Shown here piece after piece: positions 7,755 through 15,727 of a stretch of 21,348 nucleotides of DNA. The translations under genes and the position numbers were made by a program. The DNA is from Trichormus sp. ATA11-4-KO1 (GTDB taxonomy: Bacteria; Cyanobacteriota; Cyanobacteriia; Cyanobacteriales; Nostocaceae). Positions within the stretch are counted from its first letter, which is position 1. The number at the start of each line of letters is the position of its first letter. Location: the NCBI GenBank assembly GCA_019358915.1, contig JAHHIM010000053.1, forward strand, positions 1 to 21,348, given 5' to 3'. The notes beneath the pieces are model-generated. The model had not been told where the DNA came from. It saw only the letters and a list, made by a program, of their open reading frames with translations, and made no database searches.

Positions 7755-10565
7755 ATGCGAATTCCCTTAGCAACTTATCGCCTACAATTTAATTCCCAAT
7801 TTAATTTTAATACAGCCAGAAAAATAATCAATTATCTTGACGAATTAGGAATTTCCGACCTTTATGCATCACCAATATTTAAAGCAAAAGCAGGTAGCAG
7901 CCACGGCTATGATATAGTTGACCCTAATCAATTAAACCCAGAATTAGGAACACAAGAAGATTTTGCCGCTTTAGTGCAAGAATTAAAACAGCATAATATG
8001 GGGTGGCTGCAAGACATTGTCCCCAATCACATGGCTTATGATAGTCAAAATCAATATCTGATGAATGTTCTAGAGAATGGTAATAAATCTGTCTATGCTA
8101 ACTATTTTGATATTACCTGGAATTCTCCTATAAGCAATGGGTTAAGTAATCAGCAAGAACCAATTCTTACGCCTCTACTTGGTAATTTTTATGGAGATTG
8201 TTTGGAAAATGGAGAAATTCAACTAAAGTATGATCAAAATGGATTGAGTGTTAATTATTACAATTTAAGGCTACCCTTAAAAATAGAGTCTTATGCTACA
8301 TTTTTGAATTATGATATAGGCAAATTATCTAAAATATTAGGGAGAAATAATCCCATATTCGTGAGGTTACTCGGCATCCTTTATATGGTAAAACATATAC
8401 CCGATGATGCTACACAAAATGAGAGACAAGACCAAATTGATTTTGTTAAAGATTTGTTGTGGGAACTTTATACAGATAATACAGAAGTCCACACATTTAT
8501 TGATGAAAATCTACAAACTTTTAATGGTGAACAGGGTAAATCAGAAAGTTTTAATCTTTTAGATAATTTACTTTCTGAACAGTTCTTCCGCCTGGCTTTT
8601 TGGAAAGTAGGTGCTGAAGAGATTAATTACAGGAGATTTTTTACAGTTAATGAGTTGATATCTGTCAAAATAGAAGATTTAGAGGTATTTAGAGATACCC
8701 ATAGTTTGATTACTCGATTGGTGAAACAAGACCAGTTCACTGGGTTAAGAATTGATCATATCGATGGTCTTTATGACCCAACACAGTATTTACAAAAACT
8801 TAGAGAAAAAATAGGAGACATCTATATTACTGTCGAAAAGATTTTGCAATCAGGTGAAGAATTACCTAACACTTGGCCAATTCAAGGAACTACAGGCTAT
8901 AATTTTTTAAATTATCTCAATGGGATTTTTTGTAAAAGCGAAAACCGAGATGCTTTTACTGAAACTTACTGGAGTTTTACAGGTTCTAGAACTTCTTATG
9001 AGCAAGTTGATGTTGAGAAAAAGCATTTAATTTTAGAAAGAAATTTAGCTGGAGATGTCGATAATTTAACCTATATCTTAAAAAGAATAGCAAGTAAACA
9101 TCGTTATGGTAATGATTTTACCATTAATGGATTAAAACGAGCGATCGCAGAAATCCTCACTTTATTTCCTATTTATCGAACTTACACCAATAAAGATGGT
9201 ATATTACCAGAAAATTGTCGATATATTCAAGATGTAATTCAACAAGCGAAATCACACATTCCTCTACTGCATCATGAACTAAATTTCATCGAGAAATTAC
9301 TCTTACTAGAATACGAAAATTATCTCACTCCAGATGATCAAGAGCAATGGCTTTATTTCGTCATGCGGCTACAACAGTATACTGGTCCTTTGATGGCAAA
9401 AGGAGTTGAAGATACAGCTTTCTACGTTTATAACCGCTTTATTTCCTTAAACGAAGTTGGTGGTAATCCTGATAACTTTGGTCTAAGTATTACCGATTTC
9501 CACGACTTTAATCAACAGCGACAAACCCGTTGGTTACATGCAATGAATGCTACTTCCACTCATGATACTAAACGGGGTGAAGATATCCGCGCCAGATTAA
9601 ATATTTTATCAGAAATACCAGAGGAATGGCAAAAACAAGTTTATCTATTTTCTGAAATTAATCGTTCTCACAAAACAAGTGGTAATAAAACTTTACCTAT
9701 GCCAGATAGGAACGATGAATATCAATTTTATCAGATGCTAATAGGAGCATTTCCCTTCTTTGAACATGAATATAACAACTTTTGCCAACGAATTCAAGAT
9801 TATGTACTCAAAGCTGCTAGAGAAGCTAAAGTTTACACAGCTTGGCTGCGACCTAATGATATTTATGAAAATGCCTTAAATAACTTTGTCTCAGCAGTTT
9901 TAGAACCTTCAGAGCAAAATCAATTTTTGCAGGAATTTTTACCTTTTCAAAAACGGATAGCTTACTATGGTATTTTTAATTCTCTGTCTCAGATACTGCT
10001 AAAAATAACATCTCCTGGAGTTCCAGACTTTTATCAAGGAACTGAACTTTGGGATTTCAGTATGGTTGATCCTGATAATCGCCGTCCAGTTGATTTTGCA
10101 GTCCGGAAATCTTATCTGCAAGCGATTAAAGAACAAATACACACAGATATTTTGCAGTTAATAGATAATTTATTCGCAACTAAGGAAGATGGTAAAATCA
10201 AGCTGTTTTTAATTGCCCAAGCTTTAAAAGCTAGAAAAGAAAATTTACAAGTCTTTCAACAAGGTAACTATCTACTTTTAGAAGTTGCAGGCAAATTTAA
10301 AGACCATATTATTGCCTTTGCTAGAAGTCATGGTAATCAGACAATTATTACCATTGCACCCCGCTTTTTCACCAGCTTAATTCAACTAGGCACATATCCC
10401 ATAGGTAAGTCAGTTTGGGATGATACTTTTATTCATCTACCATCAGTAGCGTCTTCAGTTTGGCAAGATTCTATTACTGGACAAATGGTCAATACTGATA
10501 ACATTATGTTAGTTGGTGAAGCTTTGAAATATTTTCCTGTAGCACTGTTGAAGAGAGAGGACTAA
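7755..10565 (+). CDS. treY: Malto-oligosyltrehalose synthase (GH13)
   Basis: ATYRLQF, GSSHGYDIVDP, DIVPNHM, INYRRFF, GLRIDHIDGL, VEKIL, TSTHDTKRGED and SMVDPDNRRPVD motifs. ATG at 7755 is preferred over GTG at 7743. Confidence 0.95.
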   Translation: MRIPLATYRLQFNSQFNFNTARKIINYLDELGISDLYASPIFKAKAGSSHGYDIVDPNQLNPELGTQEDFAALVQELKQHNMGWLQDIVPNHMAYDSQNQYLMNVLENGNKSVYANYFDITWNSPISNGLSNQQEPILTPLLGNFYGDCLENGEIQLKYDQNGLSVNYYNLRLPLKIESYATFLNYDIGKLSKILGRNNPIFVRLLGILYMVKHIPDDATQNERQDQIDFVKDLLWELYTDNTEVHTFIDENLQTFNGEQGKSESFNLLDNLLSEQFFRLAFWKVGAEEINYRRFFTVNELISVKIEDLEVFRDTHSLITRLVKQDQFTGLRIDHIDGLYDPTQYLQKLREKIGDIYITVEKILQSGEELPNTWPIQGTTGYNFLNYLNGIFCKSENRDAFTETYWSFTGSRTSYEQVDVEKKHLILERNLAGDVDNLTYILKRIASKHRYGNDFTINGLKRAIAEILTLFPIYRTYTNKDGILPENCRYIQDVIQQAKSHIPLLHHELNFIEKLLLLEYENYLTPDDQEQWLYFVMRLQQYTGPLMAKGVEDTAFYVYNRFISLNEVGGNPDNFGLSITDFHDFNQQRQTRWLHAMNATSTHDTKRGEDIRARLNILSEIPEEWQKQVYLFSEINRSHKTSGNKTLPMPDRNDEYQFYQMLIGAFPFFEHEYNNFCQRIQDYVLKAAREAKVYTAWLRPNDIYENALNNFVSAVLEPSEQNQFLQEFLPFQKRIAYYGIFNSLSQILLKITSPGVPDFYQGTELWDFSMVDPDNRRPVDFAVRKSYLQAIKEQIHTDILQLIDNLFATKEDGKIKLFLIAQALKARKENLQVFQQGNYLLLEVAGKFKDHIIAFARSHGNQTIITIAPRFFTSLIQLGTYPIGKSVWDDTFIHLPSVASSVWQDSITGQMVNTDNIMLVGEALKYFPVALLKRED

Positions 10566-10581
10566 AGTCCTCACTACAAAC
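10557..10581 (-). repeat. GTAG-type REP element overlapping the treY stop codon
   Basis: The minus strand reads GTTTGTAG-T-GAGGACT-TT-AGTCCTC, a GTAG tag plus palindrome. A CT(T/C)(T/C)GCGT-type repeat (CTTCGCGTAACTCTGCGTTTAAAAA) follows. Confidence 0.7.
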
Positions 10582-10615
10582 TTCGCGTAACTCTGCGTTT
10601 AAAAACTCTACAATT

Positions 10616-11338
10616 TTACGGTGCTAACCTTGCCTTACCTAGACGCTGCTTTTCATACCATTGTGCGATCGCAGGTGTCCACTCGGCAAAATGAGGCCAC
10701 ATCATTTCACACAACTTTTGAATTTCTAATTGAGCATCTTTCTTATTTCTCATGTCACAAAAGTGCATGAAAGACCTTAAATTGAAACTCACTACAAAAT
10801 GCTGACGATAATCAAAAGGTACTTTTCCTCTGGCGTGTTCTTCAGACATTCCCCCCTCAAAATCAGCTTTGTATCGTTTAGCTGCTTCTAAGCACCACTG
10901 TAAATCTGCTGCTCGTTGTTCTGGAGAATAGTAATACTTTTTACCTTGTCTATCAGAGTAATAACCAACTGGACGTAGGTAGAAAACATCCTCTATATCT
11001 TTTTTACCCGCTACTACATCAATAAATTGGTTCCCCGTATACCTAAAAGATTGTACATCAAATGATACACTTACCCGATGAGTACGTGCCTGCTGCATCA
11101 CACTGTGGGGAAAATAACCACAGTTGAAAACAATCTGGGGATGTTCCAAAGGCCCATAATGTCCCCTCTCTCCCGCTAAAAGTCGCTTAACAATAATTTC
11201 ACCGCATTGTGACTCCGAAGGCCATGCGTCGCGTTCGTCATACACGAAGCCATCGGTATAATCCTGGTGCATCGCAGCATAAATCACTTGCTGCGGGTTT
11301 GGTGTTTTGGCAATAACCTCTACTCGGAATCGCTGCAT
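10616..11338 (-). CDS. thyX: FAD-dependent thymidylate synthase
   Basis: 240 aa with GHYGPLEH, the cyanobacterial ThyX motif QQARTHRVSVSFDVQSFRY, EHAR and AQLEI. Confidence 0.95.
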   Translation of the reverse strand: MQRFRVEVIAKTPNPQQVIYAAMHQDYTDGFVYDERDAWPSESQCGEIIVKRLLAGERGHYGPLEHPQIVFNCGYFPHSVMQQARTHRVSVSFDVQSFRYTGNQFIDVVAGKKDIEDVFYLRPVGYYSDRQGKKYYYSPEQRAADLQWCLEAAKRYKADFEGGMSEEHARGKVPFDYRQHFVVSFNLRSFMHFCDMRNKKDAQLEIQKLCEMMWPHFAEWTPAIAQWYEKQRLGKARLAP

Positions 11339-11416
11339 TGATGAATTGATGTCTGTTCGTTAAATGTGGTTGTGAACCCGACTCACCATCATATCTCGTT
11401 CGGCAGATTCAGATAC

Positions 11417-11455
11417 TTTACAAATTTTTATATTGTTGTTACAATTATTTACATA
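11417..11455 (+). promoter_or_regulatory. HLR1 (RpaB-binding) direct repeats over the hli promoter
   Basis: GTTACAAT-TA-TTTACATA (11438-11455) fits (G/T)TTACA(T/A)(T/A)-N2-(G/T)TTACA(T/A)(T/A) exactly. A second pair, TTTACAAA-TT-TTTATATT, lies at 11417-11434. Candidate -10 TATTGT at 11431-11436. Confidence 0.8.
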
Positions 11456-11478
11456 ACAGAGAAACAAGGAAAAATCAC

Positions 11479-11694
11479 ATGCGTACAAATGCTCCTATCG
11501 TTGACGACCAAGGTAAACTCAACAACTTTGCACTCGAACCAAGAGTTTATGTAGACGAGCAAGGCGATCGCACTGGATTTACTCCTTACGCAGAATTACT
11601 CAACGGTCGTTTAGCCATGATTGGTTTTGTTTCTCTGATAGCATTAGAAGTATTCACAGGACACGGCATCTTCGGTCTTTTGGCAAGTCTATAA
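11479..11694 (+). CDS. hli: High light-inducible protein (HLIP/SCP, chlorophyll a/b-binding one-helix protein)
   Basis: 71 aa with [18 protein letters not shown] (ExxNGRxAMxG) and an N-terminal NNFAxEP motif. AAGGA RBS. Confidence 0.95.
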   Translation: MRTNAPIVDDQGKLNNFALEPRVYVDEQGDRTGFTPYAELLNGRLAMIGFVSLIALEVFTGHGIFGLLASL

Positions 11695-11893
11695 GAATTA
11701 ACTTTTTTTAAAAAATATTCAACACATGTAGAGACAGGAATTTTCCTGTCTCTAATTTTATGAGTAGCCATCATTAATGCGTACACTAATAACAGAGAAA
11801 AAAACTAGGGAATAGAAAGAAGTAGGAAACAGATTTTTACCCTACACTTTACTCCCCACTCAGTACTCAGCACTCAGGAAGGAAGAACTTTTT

Positions 11894-12475
11894 ATGGTTT
11901 TAACTGCTTCGACAATGTTGCCAATAGGTACACAAGCACCAGATTTTCATCTACCAGAAGTGGTATCTGGAAAAACAATTTCTCTTGCCACTTTTGCTGA
12001 TAAAAAAGCATTATTAGTCATGTTTATTTGTCGGCATTGTCCATTTGTCAAACATGTACAAGAAGAATTAGCCAAGTTAGGAAAAGATTACCTTACCAGT
12101 GATTTAGGTATCGTTGCCATTAGCGCCAATGATGCACAAAAATATCCAGATGATGCGCCAGAGTCTTTAAAGGCAATGGCAACAGAACTTGATTTTAAGT
12201 TTCCTTTGTGTTTCGACGCAACTCAAGAAACAGCAAAAGCTTATACAGCTGCTTGCACACCCGATTTTTTTGTATTTGACGAAAAACGCCAACTCGCTTA
12301 TCGAGGACAATTGGATGATAGCCGTCCCAGCAATGGCAAACCCGTGACGGGTGCAGATTTACGTTCTGCGATCGCCTCAGTGTTAGCAGGTAAACCCGTT
12401 ACAAGTGAACAAAAGCCCAGTATTGGTTGCAACATTAAATGGAAACCTGGTAACGAACCCAGTTATTTTGGGTAA
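11894..12475 (+). CDS. Thioredoxin-fold AhpC/TSA (peroxiredoxin-like) family protein
   Basis: 193 aa with APDFHLP, FICRHCPFV (CxxC), AACTPDFF, YRGQLDD and SIGCNIKW. Confidence 0.9.
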   Translation: MVLTASTMLPIGTQAPDFHLPEVVSGKTISLATFADKKALLVMFICRHCPFVKHVQEELAKLGKDYLTSDLGIVAISANDAQKYPDDAPESLKAMATELDFKFPLCFDATQETAKAYTAACTPDFFVFDEKRQLAYRGQLDDSRPSNGKPVTGADLRSAIASVLAGKPVTSEQKPSIGCNIKWKPGNEPSYFG

Positions 12476-12572
12476 TAGGGATCGGGGATTGGGTATCCGG
12501 TATGAGGAAAACTCTTCCCCATTACCCCTTATCCCCAGAGGGAGACCCGAGTTCCCCAGTCCCCAGTCCCAG
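12476..12572. repeat. Inverted STRR1-type (CCCCAGT) heptamer cluster with a 21-nt SDR-like insert, between convergent genes
   Basis: G-rich degenerate heptamers at 12476-12500 face C-rich CCCCATT/CCCCAGT units. The insert GAGGGAGACCCGAGTTCCCCA is at 12538-12558. Confidence 0.7.
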
Positions 12573-12586
12573 GAGAAGCTTAATTA

Positions 12587-13099
12587 CTAGTGTTTAATTT
12601 CCAGATTGAGGATATAACTTCCCAGTTGGACTTTTTCTGCCCACAATTCGTATTCCACCCGCAAATGTTCTGGTAAGTGGTGTCCATTGAGTGACAGGCT
12701 TTTCGTAAAATTACGTAAGCGAATGGGATTGTGTGGCTGTAATGACTCTGTGGGCAACCAATAACGGCTAATGCCATAAACGCCTTGTTCCCAGAAATGG
12801 CGATAACTTACTTGAGCATTACCTTGCATCGTCATGATTACCCGGTAGGGAGAAATCTCCAGCCACAAAATTCTGGGACTACTGGGAGCATAAGCATGAC
12901 TCTTTATTTGGAAAACCGGGTCTTCTGAATTCAGTGAACTCCCCACTTCACAACTAATTAAGGGCGGTGCAGTCAACAATAAATGGAAGCGATCAGTATC
13001 TTTTTGATACAGCGTCCCGGCAGTTTCCACAACAGACCAGAATGGCAGGTCAGTTGAAATCAGTGATAGGCATACGGGCTTGCGGTGATGGGTCAGCAT
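12587..13099 (-). CDS. Hypothetical protein (probably conserved in cyanobacteria)
   Basis: 170-aa ORF with ATG start and ordinary composition. No motif recognised. Confidence 0.7.
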   Translation of the reverse strand: MLTHHRKPVCLSLISTDLPFWSVVETAGTLYQKDTDRFHLLLTAPPLISCEVGSSLNSEDPVFQIKSHAYAPSSPRILWLEISPYRVIMTMQGNAQVSYRHFWEQGVYGISRYWLPTESLQPHNPIRLRNFTKSLSLNGHHLPEHLRVEYELWAEKVQLGSYILNLEIKH

Positions 13100-13564
13100 G
13101 GGAGCGATAGGGGCTAAAAGCTATTGAACAAGATGAAATTAACACCAGTATCTCTAGCAGGTCAGGGTAAGCAACTAAATAGTAAAACATGCTTAATATT
13201 AACTGAAGATACTGATTCAGTAGGCTAGATAAATAAACGTAAAAATAAATTAAATATAAATTTAAACTATAAAAACAATAGTTTTTCTATGGTGCAGTAA
13301 TCTGTCAGTAAAGCTCGTGAGTAATTATACTTTTCTTAATACTCTCAGGTAACAGTCTCAAGAAATATTATAGAAATACTAAAGACTTTATGGGTGATTT
13401 CTGGAGAATAAAAAAGTATTAACTAAACATGAAAAATATTTTTGGTAGATTTTGGCAAATTTCCGAGAACAAAAAGCGATACGATACTAGGCAGGAAGTG
13501 CCCAGTAGTGGCAAACTATAGTCGCTGATGAACTTCCGGTGTATTCAAGAGCCAGTGTAACGTA

Positions 13565-14923
13565 ATGTCGGCTTCTGTTATAACCGTAGAAACTCAAACA
13601 GACCTCTCCCATAAGCTAATTATCCAGCGACCCTCTGCTGGGCTATCTTTACAGGGTTGTATCCGTGTGCCAGGGGATAAATCCATATCCCACCGCGCTT
13701 TAATGTTAGGCGCGATCGCCCAAGGTGAAACGGAGATCCAAGGACTACTGTTAGGCGAAGACCCCCGCAGTACCGCTAGCTGTTTTCAAGCTATGGGGGC
13801 CCAAATTTCGGAACTGAACACGGAATTAGTCAGGGTTCAGGGGATTGGACTGGGGAACTTGCAAGAACCAGTGGATGTGTTGAATGCAGGCAACTCCGGC
13901 ACTACACTGAGGCTGATGCTGGGCTTGTTGGCATCTCATCCAGGGCGCTTTTTTACTGTCACAGGTGATAATTCTTTGCGATCGCGTCCTATGTCCCGTG
14001 TGGTTAAACCCTTGCAACAAATGGGGGCGCAAATTTGGGGACGCAAGAATAATTCCTTAGCACCCCTAGCGATTCAAGGACAAGCCCTTAAACCGACTCA
14101 CTATTATTCCCCCATCGCTTCGGCTCAAGTTAAATCTTGTATCTTACTAGCGGGTTTATTCACAGCCGGACAAACCACAGTTACCGAACCCGCCCTGTCC
14201 CGTGACCACAGCGAACGAATGATGCGGGCTTTTGGTGCAGAACTGAGCATCGATCCAGAAACCAATAGCGTGACTGTGACTGGCCCGGCTCAATTGCATG
14301 GGCAAAAAGTGATTGTTCCAGGGGATATCAGTTCAGCTGCCTTTTGGTTAGTAGCTGGAGCAATTGTGCCAAATTCTGAATTGGTGGTGGAAAACGTCGG
14401 TGTTAATCCCACCCGTACAGGCATATTAGAAGCCTTAGCACTCATGGGAGCCGATATTCAACTAGAAAATCAGCGCGAAGTAGCTGGGGAACCAGTAGCG
14501 GATTTAAGAGTACGTTCCAGTCGTTTAAAAAGCTGCATGATTGCTGGGGATATCGTCCCCAGAATGATTGATGAAATACCGATTTTGGCAGTAGCAGCAG
14601 TATTTGCTGAAGGGACAACCATGATTCGGGATGCAGCCGAGTTGCGGGTGAAAGAAAGCGATCGCATTACTGTCATGGCGCAGCAACTCAATAAAATGGG
14701 AGCGAAAGTCAGTGAGTTACCCGACGGGATGGAAATTACTGGTGGTACGCCCTTAGTTGGGACTGACGTAGATAGCTATACAGATCATCGCATTGCCATG
14801 AGCCTGGCGATCGCGGCTCTTGTATCCACTGGCATCACCACAATTCACCGGGCCGAAGCCGCCGCCATTTCCTATCCCAACTTCACCGCTACCCTCAAAA
14901 GAGTGCTGAGTGCTGAGTGCTGA
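13565..14923 (+). CDS. aroA: 3-phosphoshikimate 1-carboxyvinyltransferase (class II EPSP synthase)
   Basis: [39 protein letters not shown] and DHRIAM motifs. Confidence 0.97.
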   Translation: MSASVITVETQTDLSHKLIIQRPSAGLSLQGCIRVPGDKSISHRALMLGAIAQGETEIQGLLLGEDPRSTASCFQAMGAQISELNTELVRVQGIGLGNLQEPVDVLNAGNSGTTLRLMLGLLASHPGRFFTVTGDNSLRSRPMSRVVKPLQQMGAQIWGRKNNSLAPLAIQGQALKPTHYYSPIASAQVKSCILLAGLFTAGQTTVTEPALSRDHSERMMRAFGAELSIDPETNSVTVTGPAQLHGQKVIVPGDISSAAFWLVAGAIVPNSELVVENVGVNPTRTGILEALALMGADIQLENQREVAGEPVADLRVRSSRLKSCMIAGDIVPRMIDEIPILAVAAVFAEGTTMIRDAAELRVKESDRITVMAQQLNKMGAKVSELPDGMEITGGTPLVGTDVDSYTDHRIAMSLAIAALVSTGITTIHRAEAAAISYPNFTATLKRVLSAEC

Positions 14924-15146
14924 GTGCCTTTCTGAGTGCTGAGTGCTGAGTGCTGAGTGCTGAGTGCTGAGTGCTGAGTGCTGATACCATTTCACGAAAA
15001 ATCTGATACAGATGTAAACCCTGAAAGCTTTGCTGCATCTAAGTTTTTAAATTGCGAATTGCGAATTGCGAATTGTGAATTGGTATGAGTGCTGAGTGCT
15101 GAGTGCGCTTGCCCTGAACGAAGTCGAAGGGCATTTACTGAGTGCG
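14901..15146 (+). repeat. GAGTGCT heptamer array (about 11 units at 14901-14984, resuming at 15087) with a MITE and an SDR inserted
   Basis: Direct tandem repeats. The SDR1-like GCTTGCCCTGAACGAAGTCGAAGGG lies at 15107-15131. Confidence 0.9.
14984..15086. mobile_element. ~100-bp MITE with TA-flanked terminal inverted repeats (IS630-like ends, inferred)
   Basis: Left ATACCATTTCAC and right GTGAATTGGTAT (reverse complement ATACCAATTCAC) match 11 of 12. Internal hairpin AGATGTA...TGCATCT and an (AATTGCG)n array at ~15050-15080. Confidence 0.7.
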
Positions 15147-15283
15147 AAAGTTCTTCCTTTCTCTTTTTCTTACTCAGTATTCAGGAAGGAAGCACTATTA
15201 TACTCCACAGAGCTTCTAACCGCATCTACCATCAGTTAGATTCTGTATTTATACTTGCAGGAATAATTAAGTTAGTGAAAATC

Positions 15284-15490
15284 CTAATTTTTCTGTAAAA
15301 ATCTGTTAGTGCCGATGAGGACAAGAATTAACAGCACTAGCTGGAACTGCCAAGGGGCTAAGACTAAACTCAAAATCAGACTGATAACCGTAAATAAACC
15401 CGTGAGATAAGCTATCTCATCATTACATTTTTTAGCTACATAGCCAGTTACTAAACCAGTACAGAGTGGAATCAAAAAAGACAAATGCAT
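15284..15490 (-). CDS. Small hydrophobic (2-3 TM) hypothetical protein
   Basis: 68 aa with hydrophobic segments and SLVLAPW. GAGGA RBS upstream on the minus strand. Confidence 0.7.
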   Translation of the reverse strand: MHLSFLIPLCTGLVTGYVAKKCNDEIAYLTGLFTVISLILSLVLAPWQFQLVLLILVLIGTNRFLQKN

Positions 15491-15727
15491 TTTTACTATC
15501 CTCAGAACTAAAATGCAAAAATTAATAAAAACAGGTGGAAACTGTTTTTATAGTTGTGGTTAATTTTACAACTAAGTGGGTTTTAGTCAAAATACCTATG
15601 GGAATAAACAGTCTCAACAAACAAGATTAAGTAATTATATGGTAAATAAGTTAACGATTGGTGCTAGTACTGAGAAGACAATCTAGCATACTACATTGAT
15701 GAGTAACCTTTTGCAATTCAAAACTCG

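Noticed and set aside
10616..11338. Phage-derived thyX/hli pair (both are common cyanophage genes)
   Set aside because: There are no phage structural or integrase genes nearby, both genes carry host HIP1 sites, and hli has a host HLR1 promoter.
13100..13564. NtcA box, riboswitch or sRNA upstream of aroA
   Set aside because: I saw no convincing GTA-N8-TAC with a properly spaced -10, only weak AT-rich palindromes expected by chance.
14901..15146. CRISPR array
   Set aside because: These are 7-nt tandem units with no 25-40 nt repeat-spacer periodicity, and there are no cas genes.
14753..15298. ORFs 14753-14995 (-) and 15089-15298 (+)
   Set aside because: They are largely translations of heptamer/SDR repeats ([12 protein letters not shown]), and the first is antisense to aroA.
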